DNA from: Octopus sinensis
Taxonomy: Eukaryota
Assembly: GCF_006345805.1 (NCBI RefSeq)
Contig: NC_043021.1
Span: 5,766,001 to 5,830,000, forward strand
DNA length: 64,000 bases
Direction of reading: 5' to 3'
Made by a program: the position numbers and the translations under genes. Below, in pieces: positions 63,401 through 64,000 of this stretch (the first letter of the stretch is position 1; each line of letters begins with the position of its first letter). Below the pieces are notes generated by a model. The model did no database searches and was not told the origin of the DNA. It saw only the letters and a program-made list of their open reading frames with translations.

Positions 63401-64000
63401 CCCATCAAAGATTTCTATTTTTGAAAATGTGTTTAAAATATAAATTATGCTTGTGTTGTTAAGAAGCTTACTTTGTAAACTCGTAGTTTCAGGTTCAGTC
63501 CCACTGCATGGTACCTAGGGCAAGTGTCTTTTGGATCAACTAATATCTTGTATGTAAATTTGGTAGATGGAAACCTGTTGTATGTACACACACATGCGCG
63601 TGCACACACAAGCATCCCCTGCATTATCACTATCTCAGCTTACAGAATTTTGTGCTTATGGAAATTATAAAGTATGACCGTTAATTTTGGGATACAGTAT
63701 GTGATTTCACTTTTACAGAAACTTGTATTGCATAGTTTTAAATTGTTAACAATTTAAAACTATACTCCCTTCTTAGCTCATTGGTCATTAGCATTTAAAT
63801 TAAGATCAAAGTTTGTAGTTAATGATTCGGAAAACTATCTTCAAGTTACTCACATACATGCACACAAATACGCATGTTTATATTTTGTGTATAATGTGAG
63901 TATATATATATGTTACACAAGTTATAATATTAAATTACCAGTGACTAATATAAACTTAAATTTCATTAAATAGGAACTTAGAAAAGTATTATAAACCTTG

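Overview
AT-rich, repeat-saturated animal DNA. The SINE families, (TA)n/(ATT)n/(CAT)n microsatellites and intron sizes look like Octopus (coleoid cephalopod); this is an inference from repeat content. Two protein-coding genes can be supported. (1) A complete six-coding-exon glycolipid transfer protein (GLTP/FAPP2-type GLTP domain, 206 aa) on the minus strand, 50689-34058. All junctions are GT-AG and phase-consistent. (2) The 3' part of a Yellow/MRJP-family gene on the plus strand: a terminal exon at 16325-16762 and a probable preceding exon at 13186-13330, ending in a GPI-signal-like hydrophobic tail. A low-confidence minus-strand exon chain (11304 to 1238) and a TATA+Inr+ETS promoter near 27.8 kb may mark a third gene. 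The rest is nested mobile DNA: at least four SINE families, RTE, CR1, HERO and Penelope LINE fragments, mariner, maT and TRT (DD37E) elements, hAT elements, piggyBac-type and mariner-type MITEs, Helitrons, a foldback palindrome and several minisatellites. No CRISPR, rRNA or true tRNA gene is seen. All family names come from manual motif recognition; no database was searched.
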